From Candidatus Magasanikiibacteriota bacterium (GTDB lineage Bacteria > Patescibacteriota > Patescibacteriia > Magasanikbacterales > GWA2-37-8), in contig JBKJTY010000032.1 of NCBI GenBank assembly GCA_046590235.1, positions 6,834 through 70,833 on the forward strand: 64,000 bases of DNA. The letters are read 5' to 3'. Below the pieces are notes generated by a model. That model worked only from the letters and a program-made list of their open reading frames with translations, did not search any database and was not told where the DNA came from. Shown here piece by piece: positions 48,128 through 57,860 of this stretch. The position numbers were made by a program, and so were the translations under genes. How positions within the stretch are numbered: the stretch's first letter is position 1; the number at the start of each line of letters is the position of its first letter.

Positions 48128-49021
48128 ATGCTCTCATTCAAAGTAGTAACCGACCTTGAAGAAGCAAAAAAATGGTGGGAAATGTTTTCACCAAAGTTGA
48201 ATGTCTATGATAATTGGGAGTTTCGCGCTTCTTTTCATAGTCATTTTAATAATCCGTTGCATTTTATCATTGGGTACGAAACAGAAACTCCGGTAGGCTT
48301 ATTACCGCTTCAAAAACACTTCGAAGGACAGTACCTCGAATTCTTTGGCGGTGCCTACATGGAAGATAATCGTATTTTTTTGAAGCCCGGTTTTGAACAA
48401 TACACTTCCGAATTCTTCGCAAGCATTACTGTGCCGGCAAAACTCGATTTTATACTTGGCACTGATGAATTTACAAACGCTTTACCCATTCGCGATCAAA
48501 AATACACTCTTCAACTGACAGACTACGGCGACTATGAAGGCTACTTCATAAATGCTTTTAGCAGCAAGACTCGTGCCAACATTAAAAAACAGCTAGCGGC
48601 AATTACCGAAGCTGACATCACTGTTGTAACCAGTCGTTTTTCAGATATTGATCAGATCTTTGCGCTCAATATTGCTACGTTTGGCGGCGAATCAACATTC
48701 CACTTCCCAAAACGACAAGATCAATTGCGTGGTATTTTGAAACTTGATGAAACACAATCGCATCTCCTTTCGTTCATGCAAAACGGACAAGTTGTTGGTG
48801 CTTCCTTGATGATCCAACACGGTGATTACTTCGCTTATTTAAACGCCGGTTCAAAGGCGCAAGAAATCCCAAACTTGGGAACGTTTATTTATTTCAAAAA
48901 CATTGAACTCGCCTTTCAATTACAAGCAAAAATGCTTGATGCCCGCGCCGGATCATTTAATTGGAAAGAGCGATTGCATTTCACTCCACATCGGCAGCAT
49001 TATTTTTTTAACCAAGCCTAA
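48128..49021 (+). CDS. Fem/CelD-like GNAT-fold protein (BioF2-like acetyltransferase domain), paralog 1
   Basis: 297 aa; paralogous to next two genes (W..FSP...FD.WEFR, GY....PVGLLPLQ, LEFFGG.YMEDNR.F.KPG); FemABX/CelD similarity is from pattern recognition only. Confidence 0.45.
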   Translation: MLSFKVVTDLEEAKKWWEMFSPKLNVYDNWEFRASFHSHFNNPLHFIIGYETETPVGLLPLQKHFEGQYLEFFGGAYMEDNRIFLKPGFEQYTSEFFASITVPAKLDFILGTDEFTNALPIRDQKYTLQLTDYGDYEGYFINAFSSKTRANIKKQLAAITEADITVVTSRFSDIDQIFALNIATFGGESTFHFPKRQDQLRGILKLDETQSHLLSFMQNGQVVGASLMIQHGDYFAYLNAGSKAQEIPNLGTFIYFKNIELAFQLQAKMLDARAGSFNWKERLHFTPHRQHYFFNQA

Positions 49022-49023
49022 GT

Positions 49024-49935
49024 ATGAACCAGCTTACTTTTAAGGTTATTAAAGACGTTGCTGAAGCTGAAAAGCTTTGGAAATTACTGTCGCCGGCAGA
49101 AACTATTTTTGATGATTGGGATTTTCGTGCTGATTGGCATCGCCACCAACAACAGGAACTCTATTTCATTGCCGGCTATGATGGCACAACCCCTATTGGC
49201 TTACTTGGCCTCCAATATAACGCCACACGCAGCTGTATTGAAGCATTTGGTAGTAACTACATGGAAGATAATCGAGTATTTATCAAGCCAGGTTATGAAG
49301 CACAGATTCCCGGCTTTTACGAACAGGCAAAAACCCTTGGCAAACCGATTAATGTAGAGTATATCCGCGGTAATGATCCGTTTACCATTTCCCTTCCGCT
49401 TGACGGCTATAAATATGTCTTACCGATTGATTTTAAGACAACCGACGAATATACCGAAAAACTTTTTAGCGGGGAAACTCGTAAAAAGCTGATGAAGCGT
49501 ATTAAAAAAGTGTCTGAATTAGGTCTCACTATTACTGAAAATGACTTTGCTGATATTCCATTATTCATGCAATGGAACGTGAATGCCTTTGGTGGCGAAG
49601 CAGCGTTTGAAGACCGTCCGCATCGTAATGAAATTTTTACCGACTTACTCACCAAATCACACGCGACTTTCAAACCCAGCCTACTTACCTTCCGTATTGG
49701 CGGTGAGATCCAAGCGATAACGATGGGTTTGGTGTATAATGGCCATACTTATTGTTCCGTCAACCGAGGCTTTAACCCAACAGCTGACAAAAACTTACGC
49801 GAACTGGTACATTTAAAAAAGGTAGAAGACGCTCTCAAACACAACTGCACATCCTTTGATGCTTTTGCGGGTGACTACGGTTGGAAAGAACGCTGGGGGT
49901 GTCAAAAAATCGCACAATATAAATTTATTGCCTAA
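49024..49935 (+). CDS. Fem/CelD-like GNAT-fold protein, paralog 2
   Basis: 303 aa, same conserved blocks as paralog 1. Confidence 0.45.
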   Translation: MNQLTFKVIKDVAEAEKLWKLLSPAETIFDDWDFRADWHRHQQQELYFIAGYDGTTPIGLLGLQYNATRSCIEAFGSNYMEDNRVFIKPGYEAQIPGFYEQAKTLGKPINVEYIRGNDPFTISLPLDGYKYVLPIDFKTTDEYTEKLFSGETRKKLMKRIKKVSELGLTITENDFADIPLFMQWNVNAFGGEAAFEDRPHRNEIFTDLLTKSHATFKPSLLTFRIGGEIQAITMGLVYNGHTYCSVNRGFNPTADKNLRELVHLKKVEDALKHNCTSFDAFAGDYGWKERWGCQKIAQYKFIA

Positions 49936-49944
49936 CTCAATCCT

Positions 49945-50853
49945 GTGATCACTATTCGCTGTATTAAAAACTTTGACGAAGCAGAGGAGCTTTGGCGGCG
50001 CCTTAGCCCTAACGCTAGTCTTTTTGACGCTTGGGAATTACGTTACTGTTCCTACAAGCATACCAACGACGAACTTTTTTTCTATACCGCTTTTGACGGA
50101 GACGAACCAGTTGCCCTTCTCCCGTTACAGTTAACTACCGCTAAAGGTTACTTAGAATTTTTTGGCGGTGTCATGATGGAAGATAATCGTTTCTTTTATA
50201 CACCGGGCCACGAAGCCGTATTGTCACACTTAGTTGCGGCAATCCAACAACCCGCCCGACTTTGCTACATGGTTGGCTCTGATCCATTTACCACCTCACT
50301 CACCCCGATGGAAGACGGTAAGTATGTACTTAACCTCACTGAGCATCCAAGCACTGATGAGTACATTCAACATGTTTTTAGCGGTGAAACAAAAAAGAAA
50401 TTTATTAAACGAATACGTAAAGTGGCGGAGACTGGTGATGTAACAATCGCTCGCGGTCACGCTCCCGATTTAGAATTATTATTTGAGTTTAATATTAAGA
50501 AGTTTAAAAACGCCTCCATCTTTAACCTGCCTTTCCGTAAAGACATTTACCGCGAAATGTTTACTGCGTTCCCATCATCGCTTTTGACCTATAGTGTTGG
50601 CGGACAGAAGCAGGCAGTGGGATTTGGTGTCATTTATAACCATGGATTCTATTCGTTTAACACCAGCGTTAATCCAGGATCACTTCCAGACCTGAGCACC
50701 TACGTCAGAATTAACAAAATAGACGAAGCGATCGCCCTCGGAGCCACACTGTATGACGCGATGGCAGACGATCTTGGCTGGAAACGAAACTGGCACTTAA
50801 CGATGGTTCCTCTCTACGAAATAATTCTCCCAAATAAAAACCGACCGCTGTAA
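49945..50853 (+). CDS. Fem/CelD-like GNAT-fold protein, paralog 3
   Basis: 302 aa, same conserved blocks. Confidence 0.45.
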   Translation: MITIRCIKNFDEAEELWRRLSPNASLFDAWELRYCSYKHTNDELFFYTAFDGDEPVALLPLQLTTAKGYLEFFGGVMMEDNRFFYTPGHEAVLSHLVAAIQQPARLCYMVGSDPFTTSLTPMEDGKYVLNLTEHPSTDEYIQHVFSGETKKKFIKRIRKVAETGDVTIARGHAPDLELLFEFNIKKFKNASIFNLPFRKDIYREMFTAFPSSLLTYSVGGQKQAVGFGVIYNHGFYSFNTSVNPGSLPDLSTYVRINKIDEAIALGATLYDAMADDLGWKRNWHLTMVPLYEIILPNKNRPL

Positions 50854-50939
50854 ACGGCCGGTTTTTTATTATGCTTATAATTGTTTGGTGAGTTTACGAC
50901 TTGTTTTTCTATATATCCTATTTATGGTATACTATTACT

Positions 50940-52025
50940 ATGAATGAATTTATTACACCTGCACTTGCCGCACTGCTGATTGTTGTCGCAGGATTTTTTT
51001 ATTTGTTTACCAAAAAAGCATCCTACACTAAAACAAGTGGAGGAGCTACGCCGTTTCTAAACCAGTACACTACTGATTACACTCTTTTAGCAGCACAAGG
51101 AAAGATTGACAGCGTCATTGGACGTGATAATGAGATCAGAAAACTGACTCAAGTGTTGTCTCGTCGCGGCAAAAATAACGCTTTGCTTGTTGGTGACCCT
51201 GGTGTTGGTAAAACCGCCATTGTTGAAGGCTTGGCTCAACGGATTATTAGCGAAGAAATCCCTCAAACCTTACATAATAAACGTGTTTTAGCGTTAGACG
51301 TCACTCATTTACTATCCGGTACAAAATATCGTGGTGAATTTGAAGAGCGTGCAAAGAAAATTGTTCATGAAATCACTGCTTCCGAACGTTCTATCATCCT
51401 CTTTATCGACGAGGTGCATGCCGTAATCCAATCACAAGGCACAGAGGGCTCAATTAACTTTTCTGACATCTTAAAACCAGCTTTAGCACGTGGTGATTTA
51501 CAACTAATCGGTGCTACAACCCATGAAGAATACGAAAAGTACATCAAAACTGATCTTAGTTTGGAGCGCCGCTTCCAACCTATTGATGTTGAAGAGCCAA
51601 CCGCTGAAGAAACACTTACTATTTTAGAACGAGTAAAAGATAAGTATCGTGATTACCACAAAGTGGAATTTACCGATGCGGCACTAAAACAAGCCGTAAA
51701 ACTCTCTCAAAAGCTTATTAAGGACCGCAGACTACCTGACAAAGCGCTCGACGCGCTTGACGAAGCCGGTGCTATGGTCCGTATTAGCCACCTCCACCCA
51801 GTTGTCGCCCCTCTTCTCTACCAGACTGCTGTTTCTGCACATCCAGAAGTGGCTACTTTATGGAAACAAGTTCAAGATTTGGATGATAAAATAATGCGTG
51901 AACCACATAATGCTAAAAAATTATCATTAAGACGCGAAAGGATTGAAGAAACGCTTCGTACAGTAAGCGTTATTGCAGTTGATACCGATGATGTCCAAAA
52001 AGTTATTAAAGAATGGTTATTTTAA
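50940..52025 (+). CDS. Membrane-anchored AAA+ ATPase resembling Clp/Hsp100 D1 module only
   Basis: N-terminal TM helix (ALAALLIVVAGFFYLF), then ClpA/B D1-like core GRDNEIRKLTQVLSRR..NALLVGDPGVGKTAIVEGLAQRI, DEVH Walker B; no D2 or N-domain; ORF-track start 50901 is TTG; ATG 50940 lies 6 nt after TATACT -10 (possibly leaderless). Confidence 0.65.
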   Translation: MNEFITPALAALLIVVAGFFYLFTKKASYTKTSGGATPFLNQYTTDYTLLAAQGKIDSVIGRDNEIRKLTQVLSRRGKNNALLVGDPGVGKTAIVEGLAQRIISEEIPQTLHNKRVLALDVTHLLSGTKYRGEFEERAKKIVHEITASERSIILFIDEVHAVIQSQGTEGSINFSDILKPALARGDLQLIGATTHEEYEKYIKTDLSLERRFQPIDVEEPTAEETLTILERVKDKYRDYHKVEFTDAALKQAVKLSQKLIKDRRLPDKALDALDEAGAMVRISHLHPVVAPLLYQTAVSAHPEVATLWKQVQDLDDKIMREPHNAKKLSLRRERIEETLRTVSVIAVDTDDVQKVIKEWLF

Positions 52026-52055
52026 TTTTTATTACTTCAAGAAAGATTATTTATT

Positions 52056-54893
52056 ATGCCTCCATCAATAAAATCAGCAGGGACTTCGTCCACAAAAACG
52101 CAATCACAGACCACCACCTCACTACAGCTTATTTTGGCTATAGCACTTCTTGCAATCTCGGGCAGTGCAGCATTCGTTACTGCTCCATCAATTAACGTAT
52201 CATCCAACCTTACTTGTAAAGATACCGACGGTGGCAACATGCCAAATGTTTTTGGTGAAATTGTTATAACCAACAAACTTACCAATGTCCGCAAGACGGT
52301 AGCTGCTGATACTTGTATTTCAGACCTCATCATCTCCGAAACAATCTGTAACGCAAAAGAAAAAAGCGGCCATTCTACTGCACCTTCCAAATGTTCCAAT
52401 GGTACATGCCAAAAAGGTGTTTGCGTCCCTACTAAAGTAGCGCCTCCGTTACCTGTAACTAGTTTTAATTTTTTAAAACATCCGAGTTCAACACCTATTA
52501 CCGTTCTTCCAAGCATGTCGAACGTGATATTAGGCCGTTTTATCGCCCGCTCTACGGGAGCTGAAGTCATTTTAGGTGAAATCGGATTAAGTTTTGTAGT
52601 TAATAAACCAAATCTTTTGTACGGTAATTATGTCGTAAAGCTTAACGGCACACCAATTAGCACAGATGCTGTTACCAGAATTGCTAATTCTGGCTCTCAA
52701 CTAACAACTATAACACTTACCACTCAACGTGCCCTGCCAATCGGTGATAATACTATTACCGTGGAGGCTTCCATAGGTAGCTCTGCCATGAATGGCGGAG
52801 TAATCCTCACTTATCTTGATTTAAGTAAGATAAAACAAGTGGGGGCCGGACAAATGTATTATGACCCGGGTGTGCAGTCGCTCAGTAGTGATGCGGTTAC
52901 CGTTCAAACAGGTGCACTCCAGGTTACAACTTTACCAAGCCCTCCTGCGCAAACCGTAGAAGTTGGCACAAGCAATGTTACTCTAGCAATGTTTGAACTT
53001 AATGCCGGCACAGTTTCGTCTGGTGATGATGTAAAGGTTACCAAGCTAATTTTTACCGACAAATTAGGTGGCACAGCTGCTTTTACCAATATTCGTAATT
53101 TAGTTTTACTCGACCAATCCGGCAACCCACTAGCTACATCAGCTGCTACAACTGTTAATAGCGCTGCTACTACCTTTACCCTTGTTAATCCTCTTATTGT
53201 TCCAAAGACTGGTTCTCTAACCCTCACCTTAAAGGGTGATGTTGTTGGTGGAACAAATGGCACACACACCTTTAGCATCTCCAGTGTTGCTAATGTTAAA
53301 GCCCAAGAAAAAAGTACAGGAAACTTGATTTCTCCAGTACTGGGTACCGGCGCTGGTCAAATGATTACCCTTAAAGTTACTCCACCGCCAGTAGCTGGCG
53401 CTGGTGCTTTACGAGTCACCACACTATCAACGCCGCCAGCACAAACTGTAGCTATTAATAGTACCAACGTTGTTTTGGCCATGATAGAACTTAATGCTTT
53501 AGCTGTTTCTTCCGGTGAAGATGTTAGAATAAGTAAGGTAGTAGTAAATGACAAGTTAACTGGTGCTGCGCAATTTTCAGATATTGGTAACTTAGTTATC
53601 TATGACCCAAATGGAAACCCACTACTTACAACCGGTAATACAGCAATGAATTCAGCAACAACCGCTTTCACTTTTGTAACTCCTTTGGCAGTGCCTAAAT
53701 CAGGATCAATTACACTTACTCTTAAAGCGGATATTATTGGCGGGGTAGGCGGAACTCACACCTTTAGTGCAAGTAGCCAGTCGTCAGACATGGTTGCTGT
53801 CGGGAAGGTAAGCGGTAACACAATTATCCCTACCTTTGGTACTGGTACCGGTCAACCGATTACTATCGATAATAGTTCACCTAATCTAGCATTTTCACTT
53901 GTATCTGGAAGTAACGCTAGCCCAAGCCTTAGCCAGAATGTTATCCTCGATCAGAAAAATGTACCTGTTTTTGCTTTCAAAATGACAGCCTTAACAGAAC
54001 CGATCAAACTGACTTCGCTCAAACTTACAGCTGCTGGAAAAATTAGTCCTTATGATTTTGTTAATATCCGCCTATATAGAAACAATGAAACAACTCCCTT
54101 TGCTTCTGCTTCCCAACTTTCTCCATGTACAAGCAGCGGCTGTTCCTTTACTTGGCTAGCTACTGATAATTTATTACCAAACCCTATTCAACTGGGGGCG
54201 CCTGTAACAGTGTATGTTAAAGCCGACATTGGCCCAGTAGGTGCGGCGGCACTTGGTGACAGTGTTGTCTTTTCACTAACTGACGCAACCAGCGTTTCAG
54301 CTAAGGGTACTGTCTCGGGAATAAACGCTAACGCACAAGGTTTACCTATTCGGTCAGCCGGCACTCTCTTTATTAACCCGTTCAGTGTTACAATGTCGCC
54401 AGACTATCCTTCTTCTGGATCGAGTCAAACTCTCGCAATCATAAACAACAGTCCAATTGCTCGTTTTAAAATAACGAATAATGGTACAGCAAAAATCTCT
54501 CTTGAACGAATTGCTTTCACCGATTTAGGAACGCACACTGGTAACACCACATTGTACAGCTTAAAATACTCTCACCAAAATAGTTCAAATAGTCCGGTTA
54601 ATACTGCTATCGCTTCAAATAACGACGGATTAAATTTCAATCTTCCAGAAGATAAAATCACTATTGATGGTGGCGCGTACCGCTACATTACTGTAAGTAT
54701 CGCAAACATTGGCGGTGCTGTTTCTGAAGATGCGTGGCAACTTTCTATCAAACCAATCGACAATGTTTGGTTCAGTGCTTTAGAAGCTGACCTTGGTTAC
54801 GACGCTAACGGCTCCGGAACACTTTCTGGCAAAACCACCCATTTATATCCTGATGGTGGCAACCAAATGGTTGGAGCTATCGTAAAACAATAA
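52056..54893 (+). CDS. Large secreted/surface protein with ~160-aa tandem repeats
   Basis: signal-anchor LQLILAIALLAISGSAAFVTA; two near-identical-architecture repeats (aa ~288-450 and ~451-612; nt ~52917-53405 and ~53406-53892) plus diverged copies either side; Thr/Ser/Gly/Asn-rich beta-strand pattern. Confidence 0.75.
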   Translation: MPPSIKSAGTSSTKTQSQTTTSLQLILAIALLAISGSAAFVTAPSINVSSNLTCKDTDGGNMPNVFGEIVITNKLTNVRKTVAADTCISDLIISETICNAKEKSGHSTAPSKCSNGTCQKGVCVPTKVAPPLPVTSFNFLKHPSSTPITVLPSMSNVILGRFIARSTGAEVILGEIGLSFVVNKPNLLYGNYVVKLNGTPISTDAVTRIANSGSQLTTITLTTQRALPIGDNTITVEASIGSSAMNGGVILTYLDLSKIKQVGAGQMYYDPGVQSLSSDAVTVQTGALQVTTLPSPPAQTVEVGTSNVTLAMFELNAGTVSSGDDVKVTKLIFTDKLGGTAAFTNIRNLVLLDQSGNPLATSAATTVNSAATTFTLVNPLIVPKTGSLTLTLKGDVVGGTNGTHTFSISSVANVKAQEKSTGNLISPVLGTGAGQMITLKVTPPPVAGAGALRVTTLSTPPAQTVAINSTNVVLAMIELNALAVSSGEDVRISKVVVNDKLTGAAQFSDIGNLVIYDPNGNPLLTTGNTAMNSATTAFTFVTPLAVPKSGSITLTLKADIIGGVGGTHTFSASSQSSDMVAVGKVSGNTIIPTFGTGTGQPITIDNSSPNLAFSLVSGSNASPSLSQNVILDQKNVPVFAFKMTALTEPIKLTSLKLTAAGKISPYDFVNIRLYRNNETTPFASASQLSPCTSSGCSFTWLATDNLLPNPIQLGAPVTVYVKADIGPVGAAALGDSVVFSLTDATSVSAKGTVSGINANAQGLPIRSAGTLFINPFSVTMSPDYPSSGSSQTLAIINNSPIARFKITNNGTAKISLERIAFTDLGTHTGNTTLYSLKYSHQNSSNSPVNTAIASNNDGLNFNLPEDKITIDGGAYRYITVSIANIGGAVSEDAWQLSIKPIDNVWFSALEADLGYDANGSGTLSGKTTHLYPDGGNQMVGAIVKQ

Positions 54894-54902
54894 TTTGTAA
54901 AC

Positions 54903-54934
54903 AAAAAACCCAGTCACATCGACTGGGTTTTTTA
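54903..54934. terminator. Bidirectional terminator between surface-protein gene and ileS
   Basis: aaaaacccagtcacatcgactgggttttt. Confidence 0.75.
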
Positions 54935-54941
54935 ATTCATA

Positions 54942-57860
54942 CTATTTTACTAAGCTCACTTTTAACTTTTGTCCATCAACATCAAGTTCTACCCCATCAT
55001 TCTGTTTCTCAACTAATTCTTTAGCTGAGACATTCTTTAGTAGTTCGACTACTGATTCTTTAATAAGAGCTTTGATGTCTGCACTTGAGGTTTCGTATTC
55101 GATTACGACCTTGTCTTCGATAGTTAATTTTTGTTCTTTGCGTAATTGATTGATAGTACGAATAATTTCGCGCAATGTACCCTCTTTTTTAAGTTCAGGT
55201 GTGATTTCTGTATTGAGGGCGACAGTGAACTGATTTTCTGTCTTTGTTTTCCATTGTGTACCAGAAGGATTCTTTGCTGCATTCACAATGACAGCAGACT
55301 TCACATTCAACTCATCGGCGATAATCGTTAGCATATCTTTATGCAACTCACCACCAACATCAGACCAAACAGTTTCAATTGCACTGATCGTAAATTCACC
55401 GAGTGCTTGGCGCACCTTCATACCTGTTTCAGCACGAAGGGCTAAGCCGTATTCAACTAGTTTACGCACAGTTCCCATCTGCTGCAGTAATGCTGTATCA
55501 AGTGCTTTCTTGTTAACCGTCGGCCAAACTTCTAGATGCACACTCTTGTTTTCGCCTTCTAATGTTTGGAAGATTTTTTCTGCAATGAAAGGTGTAAACG
55601 GCGCCATAACTTTGGATAGCGTCAATAAAACTTCACGAAGCGTACCGAGCGCTGCCTGCTTGTCGTCAGCGTCATCACCTTTGAAACGATCACGTGAACG
55701 GCGGACATACCATTGTGATAATTCGGTGACAAATTCAAGGATCGGACGCGGAGCTTGAGCTAATTCGTAGCGCTCCATATGCTCAGTTACATCGCTCACG
55801 AGTGTCTCGAGCTTTGCCATGACCCATCGATCAAGCACATGGGTGTCATTCCCGCGCAGGCGGGAATCCAGGATACCATCACCGGCAAACATGCTGTAAA
55901 ATTCGAGCACGTTGGTCGTAGTGTTGATCAATTTACTGAAAACTTCACGCACACCCGCCTCAGTAAAATTTAGAGCTTCAGCTGCCACGACCGGTGAAGA
56001 CATCAAGTAAAAACGTAGCGCGTCAGCACCATACTTTTCGAGTACCATGTTTGGATCTGGATAGTTCTGCAACTTTTTACTCATCTTTTTACCATCTTCA
56101 GCGAGTACGATACCATTCACAATGACATTCTCAAACGCCACTTTTCCAAATAGAGCGGTGCCTAGTACATGTAGGTAATAAAACCACGCACGTGTCTGGT
56201 CCTGACCTTCCGCGATGAACTGCGCTGGAAAAGTATCATCAAATTTTTTCTTATTTTCGTATGGGTAGTGCACCTGCGCGTACGGCATGGAACCGGAATC
56301 AAACCAGGTATCAAGCACATCTGGAATACGCTTCATCGTGCCACCGCATTTACATGGGAACATGACTGCATCCATAACATGTTTATGCAGGTCGGTGACT
56401 TTTTGTCCGCTTACTTTTTCAAGTTCAGCAGCTGAACCAAATGCTTCAAACTTTTTACACTCACCGCACTTCCACACCGGCATCACACTCGCCCAAAAAC
56501 GCTGGCGAGAGATAGACCAGTCGCGCGCACCCTCGAGCCATTTACCAAAACGACCTTCTTTAATATGCTCCGGTGACCAATTAATGTTTTTAGCAAGCTT
56601 GAGAGCTTTATCTTTAACTTCAGTCACTTTTACAAACCATGACGATGTTGCATAGTTCAAAAGCGGGGTGTCACAACGCCAGCAATGTGGGTAACTATGT
56701 ACGAGATTTTGCTTCAAGAAAAATAAATTGTGTTCTTGAAGATAGCGGATAATATTAATATCTGTTGCAAGGCGCACCTTATCGTCATCTGAACGTGGCT
56801 TCACTTCCTGCCCAGCAAAATCAGTCACTTCCGGCTTGAAGCGACCATCCATACCAACATGTTGCACGAGCGGAACCTGTTCACGCTTACCGACTTTAAA
56901 GTCGTCTTCACCGAACGCTGGAGCGATATGCACGACACCAGTACCGTCAGTCGTTGTAACGAAATCACCAGCTACGATACGGAAGGCGTTTTTAGTATCT
57001 TTGTAATATGGGAAGAGTGGATTGTATGATTTACCAACTAAGTCTTTAGTTTTTACAAACTTCGTCTCCCCTGTTAATTTCATTCGAGCAAAAGCAGTTT
57101 TTTCAAGGATATATGTTTCCGTTTTTCCCGCTTCAGTGGTGGCGGTGTATGAAACATATTCCAAATCTGGACCAACCGCGAGCGCAACGTTGCCTGGCAA
57201 CGTCCAAGGAGTGGTTGTCCAAGCAAGCACAAACGTACCTGGCTGTTCCACGAGCTCAAATTTCACAAACACCGAAATATCTTTTACATCCTTATACCCT
57301 TCGCTCACCTCTTGTTGCGACAGCGTCGTTTCGCAACGCGGACAAATATGCATGGTGCGATAATCTTCGTAGACCAACCCCTTGTCCCACAGCTGCTTGA
57401 ATACCCACCAGACCGATTCCATATACTCAATATCCATGGTCTTGTACGCATTTTTCATATCCACCCAGCGACCGAGACGGCGAATGGTTTTTTCCCAATC
57501 CTCAACATAGCCGAGCACTTTCGAGCGACAGAGTTCATTAAATTTTGCCACACCCATGGCTTCAATTTCTTTTTTTGTTTTAGTACCGAGTTCTTTTTCA
57601 ACGATATTCTCGATAGGTAGCCCGTGACAATCCCAGCCCCATTTGCGCTCCACCTGGTACCCACGCATTGTGAAATAGCGCGGCACAACATCTTTCATAG
57701 CCGAGCCGACAAGGTGACCATAGTGAGGAGAGCCGGTCGCAAATGGCGGACCATCATAAAAGACATACGGCTTGCCTTTACGGGCGACGGATTTTTCGAA
57801 AGTTTGGTCTTTATCCCAGAACTCGAGGATTTTTTGTTCTTCAAGGTTGGCGTTATACAT
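54942..57860 (-). CDS. ileS: Isoleucine--tRNA ligase (class I)
   Basis: GPPFATGSPHYGHLV HIGH-region, KMSKKL KMSKS motif, editing domain; start moved to MYNANLEEQKILEFW (ATG 57860); upstream ORF extension is TTG-initiated leader. Confidence 0.9.
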   Translation of the reverse strand: MYNANLEEQKILEFWDKDQTFEKSVARKGKPYVFYDGPPFATGSPHYGHLVGSAMKDVVPRYFTMRGYQVERKWGWDCHGLPIENIVEKELGTKTKKEIEAMGVAKFNELCRSKVLGYVEDWEKTIRRLGRWVDMKNAYKTMDIEYMESVWWVFKQLWDKGLVYEDYRTMHICPRCETTLSQQEVSEGYKDVKDISVFVKFELVEQPGTFVLAWTTTPWTLPGNVALAVGPDLEYVSYTATTEAGKTETYILEKTAFARMKLTGETKFVKTKDLVGKSYNPLFPYYKDTKNAFRIVAGDFVTTTDGTGVVHIAPAFGEDDFKVGKREQVPLVQHVGMDGRFKPEVTDFAGQEVKPRSDDDKVRLATDINIIRYLQEHNLFFLKQNLVHSYPHCWRCDTPLLNYATSSWFVKVTEVKDKALKLAKNINWSPEHIKEGRFGKWLEGARDWSISRQRFWASVMPVWKCGECKKFEAFGSAAELEKVSGQKVTDLHKHVMDAVMFPCKCGGTMKRIPDVLDTWFDSGSMPYAQVHYPYENKKKFDDTFPAQFIAEGQDQTRAWFYYLHVLGTALFGKVAFENVIVNGIVLAEDGKKMSKKLQNYPDPNMVLEKYGADALRFYLMSSPVVAAEALNFTEAGVREVFSKLINTTTNVLEFYSMFAGDGILDSRLRGNDTHVLDRWVMAKLETLVSDVTEHMERYELAQAPRPILEFVTELSQWYVRRSRDRFKGDDADDKQAALGTLREVLLTLSKVMAPFTPFIAEKIFQTLEGENKSVHLEVWPTVNKKALDTALLQQMGTVRKLVEYGLALRAETGMKVRQALGEFTISAIETVWSDVGGELHKDMLTIIADELNVKSAVIVNAAKNPSGTQWKTKTENQFTVALNTEITPELKKEGTLREIIRTINQLRKEQKLTIEDKVVIEYETSSADIKALIKESVVELLKNVSAKELVEKQNDGVELDVDGQKLKVSLVK
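55845..55876. repeat. Palindromic repeat copy inserted in-frame within ileS
   Basis: gtcattcccgcgcaggcgggaatccaggatac; encodes ILDSRLRGNDT in IleRS frame and VIPAQAGIQ on the other strand. Confidence 0.7.

Noticed and set aside
55779-55973. 64-aa plus-strand ORF containing VIPAQAGIQ
   Set aside because: Antisense to ileS and generated by the palindromic repeat; the classic spurious-ORF signature of this repeat family
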